64,000 bases of DNA from Heterodontus francisci (Eukaryota). The notes below the pieces were generated by a model, which was given only the letters and a program-made list of their open reading frames with translations, was not told where the DNA came from and made no database searches. A program made the position numbers and the translations under genes. The stretch covers positions 66,458,862 through 66,522,861 of the forward strand of contig NC_090399.1 in assembly GCF_036365525.1 (NCBI RefSeq), written 5' to 3'. This document shows, in pieces, positions 21,301 to 36,300 of the stretch (position 1 is the stretch's first letter; each line of letters begins with the position of its first letter).

Positions 21301-24300
21301 TTCATGTTTTGGGGTTCATGCCCTGATGTCTCTCTCTTTGGGGTTGATGTTTTGGGGTTCATGCCCTGATGTCTCTCTCTCTTTGGGGTTGATGTTTTGG
21401 GGTTCATGCCCTGATGTCTCTCTCTCTCTCTCTCTGGGGTTGATGTTTTGGGGTTTTTGCCCTGATGTCTCTCTCTCTGGGGTTCATGTCCTGATGTCTC
21501 TCTCTCTTTGGGGTTGATGTTTTGGGGTTCATGCCCTGATGTCTCTCTCTTTGGGATTGATGTTTTGGGGTTCATGCCCTGATGTCTCTCTCTCTCTGGG
21601 GTTGATGTTTTGGGGTTTTTGCCCTGATGTCTCTCTCTCTGGGGTTGATGTTTTGGGGTTTTTGTCCTGATGTCTCTCTCTCTGGGGTTGATGTTTTGCG
21701 GTTCATGCCCTGATGTCTCTCTCTCTTTGGGGTTGATGTTTTGGGATTCATGCCCTGATGTCTCTCTCTTTGGGGTTGATGTTTTGGGGTTCATGCCCTG
21801 ATGTCTCTCTCTCTTTGGGGTTGATGTTTTGGGGTTCATGCCCTGATGTATCTCTCTTTGGGGTTCATGCCCTGATGTCTCTCTCTTTGGGGTTGATGTT
21901 TTGGGGTACATGCCCTGATGTCGCTCTCTTTGGGGTTCATGCCCTGATGTCTCTCTCTCTTTGGGGTTGATGTTTTGCGGTTCATGCCCTGATGTCTCTC
22001 TCTCTCTGGGGTTGATGTTTTGGGGTTTTTGCCCTGATGTCTCTCTCTCTGGGGTTGATGTTTTGGGGTTCATGCCCTGATGTCTCTCTCTTTGGGGTTC
22101 ATGCCCTGATGTCTCTCTCTCTCTTTGGGGTTGATGTTTTGGGGTTCATGCCCTGATGTCTCTCTCTTTGGGGTTGATGTTTTGGGGTTCATTCCCTGAT
22201 GTCTCTCTCTGGGGTTGATGTTTTGGGGTTCATGCCCTGATGTCTCTCTCTTTGGGGTTGATGTTTTGGGGTTCATGCCCTGATGTCTCTCTCTCTTTGG
22301 GTTGATGTTTTGGGGTTCATGCCCTGATGTATCTCTCTTTGGGGTTCATGCCCTGATGTCTCTCTCTTTGGGGTTGATGTTTTGGTGTTCATGCCCTGAT
22401 GTCTCTCTCTTTGGGATTGATGTTTTGGGGTTCATGCCCTGATGTCTCTCTCTCTCTGGGGTTGATGTTTTGGGGTTCATGCCCTGATGTCTCTCTCTCT
22501 CTCTGGGGTTGTTATTTTGGGGTTCATGCCCTGATGTCTCTCTCTTTGGGGTTCATGCCCTGATGTCTCTCTCTCTTTGGGGGTTGATGTTTTGGGGTTC
22601 ATCCCCTGATGTCTCTCTCTTTGGGGTTTATGTTTTGGGGTTCATGCCCTGATGTCTCTCTCTCTGGGGTTGATGTTTTGGGGTTCATGCCCTGATGTCT
22701 CTCTCTTTGGGGTTGATGTTTTGGGGTTCATGCCCTGATGTCTCTCTCACTTTGGGGTTGATGTTTTGGGGTTCATGCACTGATGTCTCTCTCTTTGGGG
22801 TTGATGTTTTGGGGTTCATGCCCTGATGTCCCTCTCTGGGGTTGATGTTTTGGGGTTCATGCCCTGATGTCTCTCTTTGGGGATGATATTTTGGGGTTCA
22901 TGCCCTGATGTCTCTCTCTCTGGGGTTGACGTTTTGGGGTTCATGCCCTGATGTCTCTCTCTCTCTGTGGGGTTGATGTTTTGGGGTTCATGCCCTGATG
23001 TCCATCTCTCTCTCTCTGGGGTTGATGTTTTGGGGTTCATGCCCTGATGTCTCTCTCTCTGTGGGGTTGATGTTTTGGGGTTCATGCCCTGATGTCTCTC
23101 TCTCTCTGGGGTTGATGTTTTGGGGTTCACGCCCTGATGTCCATCTCTCTCTCTCTGGGGTTGTTGTTTTGGGGTTCATGCCCTGATGTCTCTCTCTCTC
23201 TGTGGGGTTGATGTTTTGGGGTTCATGCCCTGATGTCTCTCTCTCTCTGCAGTTAATGTTTTGGGGTTCATGCCCTGATGTCTCTCTCTCTCTGTGGGGT
23301 TGATGTTTTGGGGTTCATGCCCTGATGTCTCTCTCTCTCTGGGGTTGATGTTTTGGGGTTCAAGCCCTGATGTCTCTCGCTGTCTGTGGGGTTGGTGTTT
23401 TGGGGTTGATGCCCTGATGTCTCTCTCTTTGGGGTTGATGTTTTGGGGTTCATGCCCTGATGTCTCTCTCTCTGGGGTTGATGTTTTGGGGTTCATGCCC
23501 TGATGTCTCTCTCTTTGGGGTTGATGTTTTGGGGTTCATGCCCTGATGTCTCTCTCTCTTTGGGGTTGATGTTTTGGGGTTCATGCCCTGATGTCTCTCT
23601 CTTTGGGGTTGATGTTTTGGGGTTCATGCCCTGATGTCTATCTCTCTCTGGGGTTGATGTTTTGGGGTTCATGCCGATGTCTCTCTCTTTGGGGTTGATG
23701 TTTTGGGGTTCATGCCCTGATGTCTCTCTCTCTTTGGGGTTGATGTTTTGGGGTTCATGCCCTGATGTCTCTCTCTTTGGGGTTGATGTTTTGGGGTTCA
23801 TGCTCTGATGTCTCTCTCTCTGGGGTTGATGTTTTGGGGTTCATGCCCTGATGTCTCTCTCTCTCTGGGGTTGATGTTTTGGGGTTAATGCCCTTATGTC
23901 TCTCTCTTTGGGGTTGATGTTTTGGGGTTCATGCCCTGATGTCTCTCTCTTTCTCTGGGGTTGATGTTTTGGGGTTCATGCCCTGATGTCTCTCTCTCTG
24001 GGGTTGATGTTTTGGGGTTCATGCCCTGATGTCTCTCTCTTTGGGGTTGATGTTTTGGGGTTCATGCCCTGATGTCTCTCTCACTTTGGGGTTGATGTTT
24101 TGGGGTTCATGCACTGATGTCTCTCTCTTTGGGGTTGATGTTTTGGGGTTCATGCCCTGATGTCCCTCTCTGGGGTTGATGTTTTGGGGTTCATGCCCTG
24201 ATGTCTCTCTTTGGGGATGATATTTTGGGGTTCATGCCCTGATGTCTCTCTCTCTGGGGTTGACGTTTTGGGGTTCATGCCCTGATGTCTCTCTCTCTCT

Positions 24301-27300
24301 GTGGGGTTGATGTTTTGGGGTTCATGCCCTGATGTCCATCTCTCTCTCTCTGGGGTTGATGTTTTGGGGTTCATGCCCTGATGTCTCTCTCTCTGTGGGG
24401 TTGATGTTTTGGGGTTCATGCCCTGATGTCTCTCTCTCTCTGGGGTTGATGTTTTGGGGTTCACGCCCTGATGTCCATCTCTCTCTCTCTGGGGTTGTTG
24501 TTTTGGGGTTCATGCCCTGATGTCTCTCTCTCTCTGTGGGGTTGATGTTTTGGGGTTCATGCCCTGATGTCTCTCTCTCTCTGCAGTTAATGTTTTGGGG
24601 TTCATGCCCTGATGTCTCTCTCTCTCTGTGGGGTTGATGTTTTGGGGTTCATGCCCTGATGTCTCTCTCTCTCTGGGGTTGATGTTTTGGGGTTCAAGCC
24701 CTGATGTCTCTCGCTGTCTGTGGGGTTGGTGTTTTGGGGTTGATGCCCTGATGTCTCTCTCTTTGGGGTTGATGTTTTGGGGTTCATGCCCTGATGTCTC
24801 TCTCTCTGGGGTTGATGTTTTGGGGTTCATGCCCTGATGTCTCTCTCTTTGGGGTTGATGTTTTGGGGTTCATGCCCTGATGTCTCTCTCTCTTTGGGGT
24901 TGATGTTTTGGGGTTCATGCCCTGATGTCTCTCTCTTTGGGGTTGATGTTTTGGGGTTCATGCCCTGATGTCTATCTCTCTCTGGGGTTGATGTTTTGGG
25001 GTTCATGCCGATGTCTCTCTCTTTGGGGTTGATGTTTTGGGATTCATGCCCTGATGTCTCTCTCTCTTTGGGGTTGATGTTTTGGGGTTCATGCCCTGAT
25101 GTCTCTCTCTTTGGGGTTGATGTTTTGGGGTTCATGCTCTGATGTCTCTCTCTCTGGGGTTGATGTTTTGGGGTTCATGCCCTGATGTCTCTCTCTCTCT
25201 GGGGTTGATGTTTCGGGGTTAATGCCCTTATGTCTCTCTCTTTGGGGTTGATGTTTTGGGGTTCATGCCCTGATGTCTCTTTCTTTGGGTTTCATGTTTT
25301 GGGGTTCATGCCCTGATGTCTCTCTCTTTGGGGTTGATGTTTTGGGGTTCATACCCTGATGTCTCTGTCTCTCTGCAGTTAATGTTTTGGGGTTCATGCC
25401 CTGATGTCTCTCTCTCTCTGTGGGGTTGATGTTTTGGGATTCATGCCCTGATGTCTCTCTCTCTCTCTGGGGTTGATGTTTTGGGGTTCATGCCCTGATG
25501 TCTCTCTCTCTCTCTGGGGTTGATGTTTTGCGGTTCATGCCCTGATGTCTCTCTCTTTGGGGTTGATGTTTTGGGGTTCATGCCCTGATGTCTCTCTCTC
25601 TGGGGTTGATGTTTTGGGGTTCATGCCCTGATGTCTCTCTCTTTGGGGTTGATGTTTTGGGGTTCATGCCCTGATGTCTCTCTCTCTTTGGGGTTGATGT
25701 TTTGGGGTTCATGCCCTGATGTCTCTCTCTTTGGGATTGATGTTTTGGGGTTCATGCCCTGATGTCTCTCTCTCTCTGGGGTTGATGTTTTGGGATTCAT
25801 GCCCTGATTTCTCTCTCACACTCTGGGGTTGATGTTTTGGGGTTCATGCCCTGATGTCTCTCTCTCTCTGGGGTTGATGTTTTGGGGTTCATGCCCTGAT
25901 GTCTCTCTCTCTCTCTCTGGGGTTGTTATTTTGGGGTTCATGCCCTGATGTCTCTCTCTTTGGGGTTCATGCCCTGATGTCTCTCTCTCTTTGGGGGTTG
26001 ATGTTTTGGGGTTCATCCCCTGATGTCTCTCTCTTTGGGGTTTATGTTTTGGGGTTCATGCCCTGATGTCTCTCTCTCTGGGGTTGATGTTTTGGGGTTC
26101 ATGCCCTGATGTCTCTCTCTTTGGGGTTGATGTTTTGGGGTTCATGCCCTGATGTCTCTCTCACTTTGGGGTTGATGTTTTGGGGTTCATGCACTGATGT
26201 CTCTCTCTTTGGGGTTGATGTTTTGGGGTTCATGCCCTGATGTCCCTCTCTGGGGTTGATGTTTTGGGGTTCATGCCCTGATGTCTCTCTTTGGGGATGA
26301 TATTTTGGGGTTCATGCCCTGATGTCTCTCTCTCTGGGGTTGACGTTTTGGGGTTCATGCCCTGATGTCTCTCTCTCTCTGTGGGGTTGATGTTTTGGGG
26401 TTCATGCCCTGATGTCCATCTCTCTCTCTCTGGGTTTGATGTTTTGGGGTTCATGCCCTGATGTCTCTCTCTCTCTCTGGGGTTGATGTTTTGGGGTTCA
26501 TGCCCTGATGTCTCTCTCTCTGTGGGGTTGATGTTTTGGGGTTCATGCCCTGATGTCTCTCTCTCTCTGGGGTTGATGTTTTGGGGTTCACGCCCTGATG
26601 TCCATCTCTCTCTCTCTGGGGTTGATGTTTTGGGGTTCATGCCCTGATGTCTCTCTCTCTCTGTGCGGTTGATGTTTTGGGGTTCATGCCCTGATGTCTC
26701 TCTCTCTCTGCAGTTAATGTTTTGGGGTTCATGCCCTGATGTCTCTCTCTCTCTGTGGGGTCGATGTTTTGGGGTTCATGCCCTGATGTCTCTCTCTCTC
26801 TGGGGTTGATGTTTTGGGGTTCAAGCCCTGATGTCTCTCGCTGTCTGTGGGGTTGGTGATTTGGGGTTCATGCCCTGATGTCTCTCTCTTTGGGGTTGAT
26901 GTTTTGGGGTTCATGCCCTGATGTCTCTCTCTCTGGGGTTGATGTTTTGGGGTTCATGCCCTGATGTCTCTCTCTTTGGGGTTGATGTTTTGGGGTTCAT
27001 GCCCTGATGTCTCTCTCTCTTTGGGGTTGATGTTTTGGGGTTCATGCCCTGATGTCTCTCTCTCTCTGGGGTTGATGTTTTGGGGTTCATGCCGATGTCT
27101 CTCTCTTTGGGGTTGATGTTTTGGGGTTCATGCCCTGATGTCTCTCTCTCTTTGGGGTTGATGTTTTGGGGTTCATGCCCTGATGTCTCTCTCTTTGGGG
27201 TTGATGTTTTGTGGTTCATGCTCTGATGTCTCTCTCTTTGGGGTTGATGTTTTGGGGTTCATGCCCTGATGTCTCTCTCTCTCTGGGGTTGATGTTTTGG

Positions 27301-30300
27301 GGTTAATGCCCTTATGTCTCTCTCTTTGGGATTGATGTTTTGGGGTTCATGCCCTGATGTCTCTTTCTTTGGGTTTCATGTTTTGGGGTTCATGCCCTGA
27401 TGTCTCTCTCTTTGGGGTTGATGTTTTGGGGTTCATACCCTGATGTCTCTGTCCCTCTGCAGTTAATGTTTTGGGGTTCATGCCCTGATGTCTCTCTCTC
27501 TCTGTGGGGTCGATGTTTTGGGGTTCATGCCCTGATGTCTCTCTCTCTCTGGGGTTGATGTTTTGGGGTTCAAGCCCTGATGTCTCTCGCTGTCTGTGGG
27601 GTTGGTGATTTGGGGTTCATGCCCTGATGTCTCTCTCTTTGGGGTTGATGTTTTGGGGTTCATGCCCTGATGTCTCTCTCTCTGGGGTTGATGTTTTGGG
27701 GTTCATGCCCTGATGTCTCTCTCTTTGGGGTTGATGTTTTGGGGTTCATGCCCTGATGTCTCTCTCTCTTTGGGGTTGATGTTTTGGGGTTCATGCCCTG
27801 ATGTCTCTCTCTCTCTGGGGTTGATGTTTTGGGGTTCATGCCGATGTCTCTCTCTTTGGGGTTGATGTTTTGGGGTTCATGCCCTGATGTCTCTCTCTCT
27901 TTGGGGTTGATGTTTTGGGGTTCATGCCCTGATGTCTCTCTCTTTGGGGTTGATGTTTTGTGGTTCATGCTCTGATGTCTCTCTCTTTGGGGTTGATGTT
28001 TTGGGGTTCATGCCCTGATGTCTCTCTCTCTCTGGGGTTGATGTTTTGGGGTTAATGCCCTTATGTCTCTCTCTTTGGGATTGATGTTTTGGGGTTCATG
28101 CCCTGATGTCTCTTTCTTTGGGTTTCATGTTTTGGGGTTCATGCCCTGATGTCTCTCTCTTTGGGGTTGATGTTTTGGGGTTCATACCCTGATGTCTCTG
28201 TCCCTCTGCAGTTAATGTTTTGGGGTTCATGCCCTGATGTCTCTCTCTCTCTGTGGGGTTGATGTTTTGGGATTCATGCCCTGATGTCTCTCTCTCTCTC
28301 TGGGGTTGATGTTTTGCGGTTCATGCCCTGATGTCTCTCTCTTTGGGGTTGATGTTTTGGGGTTCATGCCCTGATGTCTCTCTCTCTGGGGTTGATGTTT
28401 TGGGGTTCATGCCCTGATGTCTCTCTCTTTGGGGTTGATGTTTTGGGGTTCATGCCCTGATGTCTCTCTCTCTTTGGGGTTGATGTTTTGGGGTTCATGC
28501 CCTGATGTCTCTCTCTTTGGGGTTGATGTTTTGGGGTTCATGCCCTGATGTCTCTCTCTCTCTGGGGTTGATGTTTTGGGGTTCATGCCGATGTCTCTCT
28601 CTTTGGGGTTGATGTTTTGGGGTTCATGCCCTGATGTCTCTCTCTCTTTGGGGTTGATGTTTTGGGGTTCATGCCCTGATGTCTCTTTCTCACTCTGGGG
28701 TTGATGTTTTGCGGTTCATGCCCTGATGTCTCTCTCTTTGGGGTTGATGTTTTGGGGTTCATGCCCTGATGTCTCTCTCTCTGGGGTTGATGTTTTGGGG
28801 TTCATGCCCTGATGTCTCTCTCTTTGGGGTTGATGTTTTGGGGTTCATGCCCTGATGTCTCTCTCTCTTTGGGGTTGATGTTTTGGGGTTCATGCCCTGA
28901 TGTCTCTCTCTTTGGGGTTGATGTTTTGGGGTTCATGCCCTGATGTCTCTCTCTCTCTGGGGTTGATGTTTTGGGGTTCATGCCGATGTCTCTCTCTTTG
29001 GGGTTGATGTTTTGGGGTTCATGCCCTGATGTCTCTCTCTCTTTGGGGTTGATGTTTTGGGGTTCATGCCCTGATGTCTCTCTCTTTGGGGTTGATGTTT
29101 TGGGGTTCATGCTCTGATGTCTCTCTCTTTGGGGTTGATGTTTTGGGGTTCATGCTCTGATGTCTCTCTCTCTGGGGTTGATGTTTTGGGTTAATGCCCT
29201 TATGTCTCTCTCTTTGGGGTTGATGTATTGGGGTTCATGCCCTGATGTCTCTCTCTCTTTGGGGTTGATGTTTTGGGGTTCATGCCCTGATCTCTCTTTC
29301 TTTGGGTTTCATGTTTTGGGGTTCATGCTCTGATGTCTCTCTCTTTGGGGTTGATGTTTTGGGGTTCATGCCCTGATGTCTCTCTCTCTCTGGGGTTGAT
29401 GTTTTGGGATTCATGCCCTGATGTCTCTTTCTCACTCTGGGGTTGATGTTTTGGGGTTTTTGCCCTGATGTATCTCTCTCTGGGGTTGATGTTTTGGGGT
29501 ACATGCCCTGATGTCTCTCTCTTTGGGGTTCATGCCCTGATGTCTCTCTCTCTTTGGGGTTGATGTTTTGGGGTTCATGCCCTGATGTCTCTCTCTTTGG
29601 GGTTGATGTTTTGGGGTTCATGCCCTGATGTCTCTCTCTCTTTGGGGTTGATGTTTTGGGGTTCATGCCCTGATGTATCTCTCTTTGGGGTTCATGCCCT
29701 GATGTCTCTATCTTTGGGATTGATATTTTGGGGTTCATGCCCTGATGTCTGTCTCTCTCTGGGGTTGATGTTTTGGGATTCATGCCCTGATGTCTCTCTC
29801 TCACTCTGGGGTTGATGTTTTGGGGTTCATGCCCTGATGTCTCTCTCTCTCTGGGGCTGATGTTTTGGGGTTCATGCCCTGATGTCTCTCTCTCTGGGGT
29901 TGATGTTTTGGGGTTCCTGCCCTGATGTCTCTCTCTTTGGGGTTGATGTTTTGGGGTTCATGCCCTGATGTCTCTCTCTCTTTGGGGTTGATGTTTTGGG
30001 GTTCATGCCCTGATGTCTCTGTCTTTGGGGTTGATGTTTTGGTGTTCATGCCCTGATGTCTCTCTCTGGGGTTGATGTTTTGGGGTTCATGCCCTGATGT
30101 CTCTCTTCGGGGATGATATTTTGGGGTTCATGCCCTGATGTCTCTCTCTCTGTGGGGTTGATGATTTGGGGTTCATGTCCTGATGCCCATCTCTCTCTCT
30201 CTGGGGTTGATGTTTTGGGGTTCATGCCCTGATGTCTCTCTATCTGGGGTTGATGTTTTGGGGTTCATGCCCTGATGTCTCTCTCTTTGGGGTTGATGTT

Positions 30301-33300
30301 TTGGGGTTCATGCCCTGATGTCTCTCTCTCTTTGGGGTTGATGTTTTGGGGTTCATGCCCTGATGTCTCTCTCTTTGGGGTTGGTGTTTTGGGGTTCATG
30401 CCCTGATGTCTCTCTCTGGGGTTGATGTTTTGGGGTTCATGCCCTGATGTCTCTCTTTGGGGATGATATTTTGGGGTTCATGCCCTGATGTCTCTCTCTT
30501 TGGGGTTGATGTTTTGGGGTTCATGCCCTGATGTCTCTCTCTCTTTGGGGTTGATGTTTTGGGGTTCATGCCCTGATGTCTCTGTCTTTGGGGTTGATGT
30601 TTTGGTGTTCATGCCCTGATGTCTCTCTCTGGGGTTGATGTTTTGGGGTTCATGCCCTGATGTCTCTCTTCGGGGATGATATTTTGGGGTTCATGCCCTG
30701 ATATCTCTCTCTCTGTGGGGTTGATGATTTGGGGTTCATGTCCTGATGCCCATCCTTCTCTCTCTGGGGTTGATGTTTTGGGGTTCATGCCCTGATGTCT
30801 CTCTATCTGGGGTTGATGTTTTGGGGTTCATGCCCTGATGTCTCTCTCTTTGGGGTTGATGTTTTGGGGTTCATGCCCTGATGTCTCTCTCTCTTTGGGG
30901 TTGATGTTTTGGGGTTCATGCCCTGATGTCTCTCTCTTTGGGGTTGGTGTTTTGGGGTTCATGCCCTGATGTCTCTCTCTGGGGTTGATGTTTTGGGGTT
31001 CATGCCCTGATGTCTCTCTTTGGGGATGATATTTTGGGGTTCATGCCCTGATGTCTCTCTCTCTCTGGGGTTGATGTTTTGGGGTTCATGCCCTGATGTC
31101 CATCTCTCTCTCTCTGGGGTTGATGTTTTGCGGTTCATGCCCTGATGTCTCTCTCTCTCTGTGGGGTTGATGTGTTGGGGTTCATGCCCTGATGTCCATC
31201 TCTCTCTCTCTGGGGTTGATGTTTTGGGGTTCATGTCCTGATGTCTCTCTCTGTGGGGTTGATGTTTTGGGGTTCATGCCCTGATGTCTCTCTCTCTCTC
31301 TGGGGTTGATGTTTTGGGGTTGATGCCCTGGTCTCTCTCTCTCTCTGTGGGGTTGATGTTTTGGGGTTCATGCCCTGATGTCTCTCTCTCTTTGGGGTTG
31401 ATGTTTTGGGGTTCATGCCCTGATGTCTCTGTCTCTGGGGTTGGTGTTTTGGGGTTCATGCCCTGATGTCTCTCTCTCTGTGCGGTTGATGTTTTGGGGT
31501 TCATGCCCTGATGTCCATCTCTCTCTCACTGGGGTTGATGTTTTGGGGTTCATGCCCTGATGTCTCTCTCTCTCTGTGGGGTTGATGTTTTGGGGTTCAT
31601 GCCCTGATGTCTTTCTCTCTGTGGGGTTGATGTTTTGGGGTTCATGCCCTCATGTCCATCTCTCTCTCTCTGGGGTTGATGTTTTGGGGTTCATGCCCTG
31701 ATGTCTCTCTTTGGGGTTGATGTTTTGGGGTTCATGCCCTGATGTCTCTCTTTGGGGATGATATTTTGGGGTTCATGCCCTGATGTCTCTCTCTCTCTCG
31801 GGTTGATGTTTTGGGGTTCATGCCCTGATATCTCTCTCTGGGGTTGATGTTTTGGGGTTCATGCCCTGATGTCTCTCTTTGGGGATGGTATTTTGGGGTT
31901 CATGCCCTGATGTCTCTGTCTCTGTGGGGTTGATGTTTTGGGGTTCATGCCCTGATGACTCTCTCTTTGGGATTGATGTTTTGGGGTTCATGCCCTGATG
32001 TCTCTCTCTCTCTGGGGTTGATGTTTTGGGATTCATGCCCTGATGTCTCTTTCTCACTCTGGGGTTGATGTTTTGGGGTTTTTGCCCTGATGTCTCTCTC
32101 TCTGGGGTTGATGTTTTGGGGTACATGCCCTGATGTCTCTCTCTTTGGGGTTCATGCCCTGATGTCTCTCTCTCTTTGGGGTTGATGTTTTGGGGTTCAT
32201 GCCCTGATGTCTCTCTCTTTGGGGTTGATGTTTTGGGGTTCATGCCCTGATGTCTCTCTCTCTTTGGGGTTGATGTTTTGGGATTCATGCCCTGATGTAT
32301 CTCTCTTTGGGGTTCATGCCCTGATGTCTCTATCTTTGGGATTGATATTTTGGGGTTCATGCCCTGATGTCTGTCTCTCTCTGTGGTTGATGTTTTGGGA
32401 TTCATGCCCTGATGTCTCTCTCTCACTCTGGGGTTGATGTTTTGGGGTTCATGCCCTGATGTCTCTCTCTCTCTGGGGCTGATGTTTTGGGGTTTTTGCC
32501 CTGATGTCTCTCTCTCTGGGGTTGATGTTTTGGGGTTCATGCCCTGATGTCTCTCTCTTTGGGGTTCATGCCCTGATGTCTCTCTCTCGTTGGGGTTGAT
32601 GTTTTGGGGTTCATGCCCTGATGTCTCTGTCTTTGGGGTTGATGTTTTGGGGTTCATGCCCTGATGTCTCTCTCTGGGGTTGATGTTTTGGGGTTCCTGC
32701 CCTGATGTCTCTCTCTTTGGGGTTGATGTTTTGGGGTTCATGCCCTGATGTCTCTCTCTCTTTGGGGTTGATGTTTTGGGGTTCATGCCCTGATGTCTCT
32801 GTTTTTGGGGTTGATGTTTTGGTGTTCATGCCCTGATGTCTCTCTTTGGGGATGATATTTTGGGGTTCATGCCCTGATGTCTCTCTCTCTGGGGTTGACG
32901 TTTTGGGGTTCATGCCCTGATGTCTCTCTCTCTCTGTGGGGTTGATGTTTTGGGGTTCATGCCCTGATGTCCATCTCTCTCTCTCTGGGGTTGATGTTTT
33001 GGGGTTCATGCCCTGATGTCTCTCTCTCTCTCTGGGGTTGATGTTTTGGGGTTCATGCCCTGATGTCTCTCTCTCTGTGGGGTTGATGTTTTGGGGTTCA
33101 TGCCCTGATGTCTCTCTCTCTCTGGGGTTGATGTTTTGGGGTTCACGCCCTGATGTCCATCTCTCTCTCTCTGGGGTTGATGTTTTGGGGTTCATGCCCT
33201 GATGTCTCTCTCTCTCTGTGGGGTTGATGTTTTGGGGTTCATGCCCTGATGTCTCTCTCTCTCTGCAGTTAATGCTTTGGGGTTCATGCCCTGATGTCTC

Positions 33301-36300
33301 TCTCTCTCTGTGGGGTTGATGTTTTGGGGTTCATGCCCTGATGTCTCTCTCTCTGGGGTTGCTGTTTTGGGGTTCAAGCCCTGATGTCTCTCGCTGTTTG
33401 TGGGGTTGGTGTTTTGGGGTTCATGCCCTGATGTCTCTCTCTTTGGGGTTGATGTTTTGGGGTTCATGCCCTGATGTCTCTCTCTCTGGGGTTGATGTTT
33501 TGGGGTTCATGCCCTGATGTCTCTCTCTTTGGGGTTGATGTTTTGGGGTTCATGCCCTGATGTCTCTCTCTCTTTGGGGTTGATGTTTTGGGGTTCATGC
33601 CCTGATGTCTCTCTCTCTCTGGGGTTGATGTTTTGGGGTTCATGCCGATGTCTCTCTCTTTGGGGTTGATGTTTTGGGGTTCATGCCCTGATGTCTCTCT
33701 CTCTTTGGGGTTGATGTTTTGGGGTTCATGCCCTGATGTCTCTCTCTTTGGGGTTGATGTTTTGGGGTTCATGCTCTGATGTCTCTCTCTTTGGGGTTGA
33801 TGTTTTGGGGTTCATGCCCTGATGTCTCTCTCTCTCTGGGGTTGATGTTTTGGGGTTAATGCCCTTATGTCTCTCTCTTTGGGGTTGATGTTTTGGGGTT
33901 CATGCCCTGATGTCTCTTTCTTTGGGTTTCATGTTTTGGGGTTCATGCCCTGATGTCTCTCTCTTTGGGGTTGATGTTTTGGGGTTCATACCCTGATGTC
34001 TCTGTCCCTCTGCAGTTAATGTTTTGGGGTTCATGCCCTGATGTCTCTCTCTCTCTGTGGGGTTGATGTTTTGGGATTCATGCCCTGATGTCTCTCTCTC
34101 TCTCTGGGGTTGATGTTTTGGGGTTCATGCCCTGATGTCTCTCTCTCTCTCTGGGGTTGATGTTTTGCGGTTCATGCCCTGATGTCTCTCTCTTTGGGGT
34201 TGATGTTGTGGGGTTCATGCCCTGATGTCTCTCTCTCTGGGGTTGATGTTTTGGGGTTCATGCCCTGATGTCTCTCTCTTTGGGGTTGATGTTTTGGGGT
34301 TCATGCCCTGATGTCTCTCTCTCTTTGGGGTTGATGTTTTGGGGTTCATGCCCTGATGTCTCTCTCTTTGGGGTTGATGTTTTGGGATTCATGCCCTGAT
34401 GTCTCTCTCTCTCTGGGGTTGATGTTTTGGGGTTCATGCCGATGTCTCTCTCTTTGGGGTTGATGTTTTGGGGTTCATGCCCTGATGTCTCTCTCTCTTT
34501 GGAGTTGATGTTTTGGGGTTCATGCCCTGATGTCTCTCTCTTTGGGGTTGATGTTTTGGGGTTCATGCTCTGATGTCTCTCTCTTTGGGGTTGATGTTTT
34601 GGGGTTCATGCTCTGATGTCTCTCTCTCTGGGGTTGATGTTTTGGGTTAATGCCCTTATGTCTCTCTCTTTGGGGTTGATGTATTGGGGTTCATGCCCTG
34701 ATGTCTCTCTCTCTTTGGGGTTGATGTTTTGGGGTTCATGCCCTGATCTCTCTTTCTTTGGGTTTCATGTTTTGGGGTTCATGCTCTGATGTCTCTCTCT
34801 TTGGGGTTGATGTTTTTGGGTTCATGCCCTGATGTCTCTCTCTCTCTGGGGTTGATGTTTTGGGATTCATGCCCTGATGTCTCTTTCTCACTCTGGGGTT
34901 GATGTTTTGGGGTTTTTGCCCTGATGTCTCTCTCTCTGGGGTTGATGTTTTGGGGTACATGCCCTGATGTCTCTCTCTTTGGGGTTCATGCCCTGATGTC
35001 TCTCTCTCTTTGGGGTTGATGTTTTGGGGTTCATGCCCTGATGTCTCTCTCTTTGGGGTTGATGTTTTGGGGTTCATGCCCTGATGTCTCTCTCTCTTTG
35101 GGGTTGATGTTTTGGGGTTCATGCCCTGATGTATCTCTCTTTGGGGTTCATGCCCTGATGTCTCTATCTTTGGGATTGATATTTTGGGGTTCATGCCCTG
35201 ATGTCTGTCTCTCTCTGGGGTTGATGTTTTGGGGTTCAAGCCCTGATGTCTCTCGCTGTCTGTGGGGTTGGTGTTTTGGGGTTCATGCCCTGATGTCTCT
35301 CTCTTTGGGGTTGATGTTTTGGGGTTCATGCCCTGATGTCTCTCTCTCTGGGGTTGATGTTTTGGGGTTCATGCCCTGATGTCTCTCTCTTTGGGGTTGA
35401 TGTTTTGGGGTTCATGCCCTGATGTCTCTCTCTCTTTGGGGTTGATGTTTTGGGGTTCATGCCCTGATGTCTCTCTCTCTCTGGGGTTGATGTTTTGGGG
35501 TTCATGCCGATGTCTCTCTCTTTGGGGTTGATGTTTTGGGGTTCATGCCCTGATGTCTCTCTCTCTTTGGGGTTGATGTTTTGGGGTTCATGCCCTGATG
35601 TCTCTCTCTTTGGGGTTGATGTTTTGGGGTTCATGCTCTGATGTCTCTCTCTTTGGGGTTGATGTTTTGGGGTTCATGCCCTGATGTCTCTCTCTCTCTG
35701 GGGTTGATGTTTTGGGGTTAATGCCCTTATGTCTCTCTCTTTGGGGTTGATGTTTTGGGGTTCATGCCCTGATGTCTCTTTCTTTGGGTTTCATGTTTTG
35801 GGGTTCATGCCCTGATGTCTCTCTCTTTGGGGTTGATGTTTTGGGGTTCATACCCTGATGTCTCTGTCCCTCTGCAGTTAATGTTTTGGGGTTCATGCCC
35901 TGATGTCTCTCTCTCTCTGTGGGGTTGATGTTTTGGGATTCATGCCCTGATGTCTCTCTCTCTCTCTGGGGTTGATGTTTTGGGGTTCATGCCCTGATGT
36001 CTCTCTCTCTCTCTGGGGTTGATGTTTTGCGGTTCATGCCCTGATGTCTCTCTCTTTGGGGTTGATGTTTTGGGGTTCATGCCCTGATGTCTCTCTCTCT
36101 GGGGTTGATGTTTTGGGGTTCATGCCCTGATGTCTCTCTCTTTGGGGTTGATGTTTTGGGGTTCATGCCCTGATGTCTCTCTCTCTTTGGGGTTGATGTT
36201 TTGGGGTTCATGCCCTGATGTCTCTCTCTTTGGGGTTGATATTTTGGGGTTCATGCCCTGATGTCTCTCTCTCTGGGGTTGATGTTTTGGGGTTCATGCC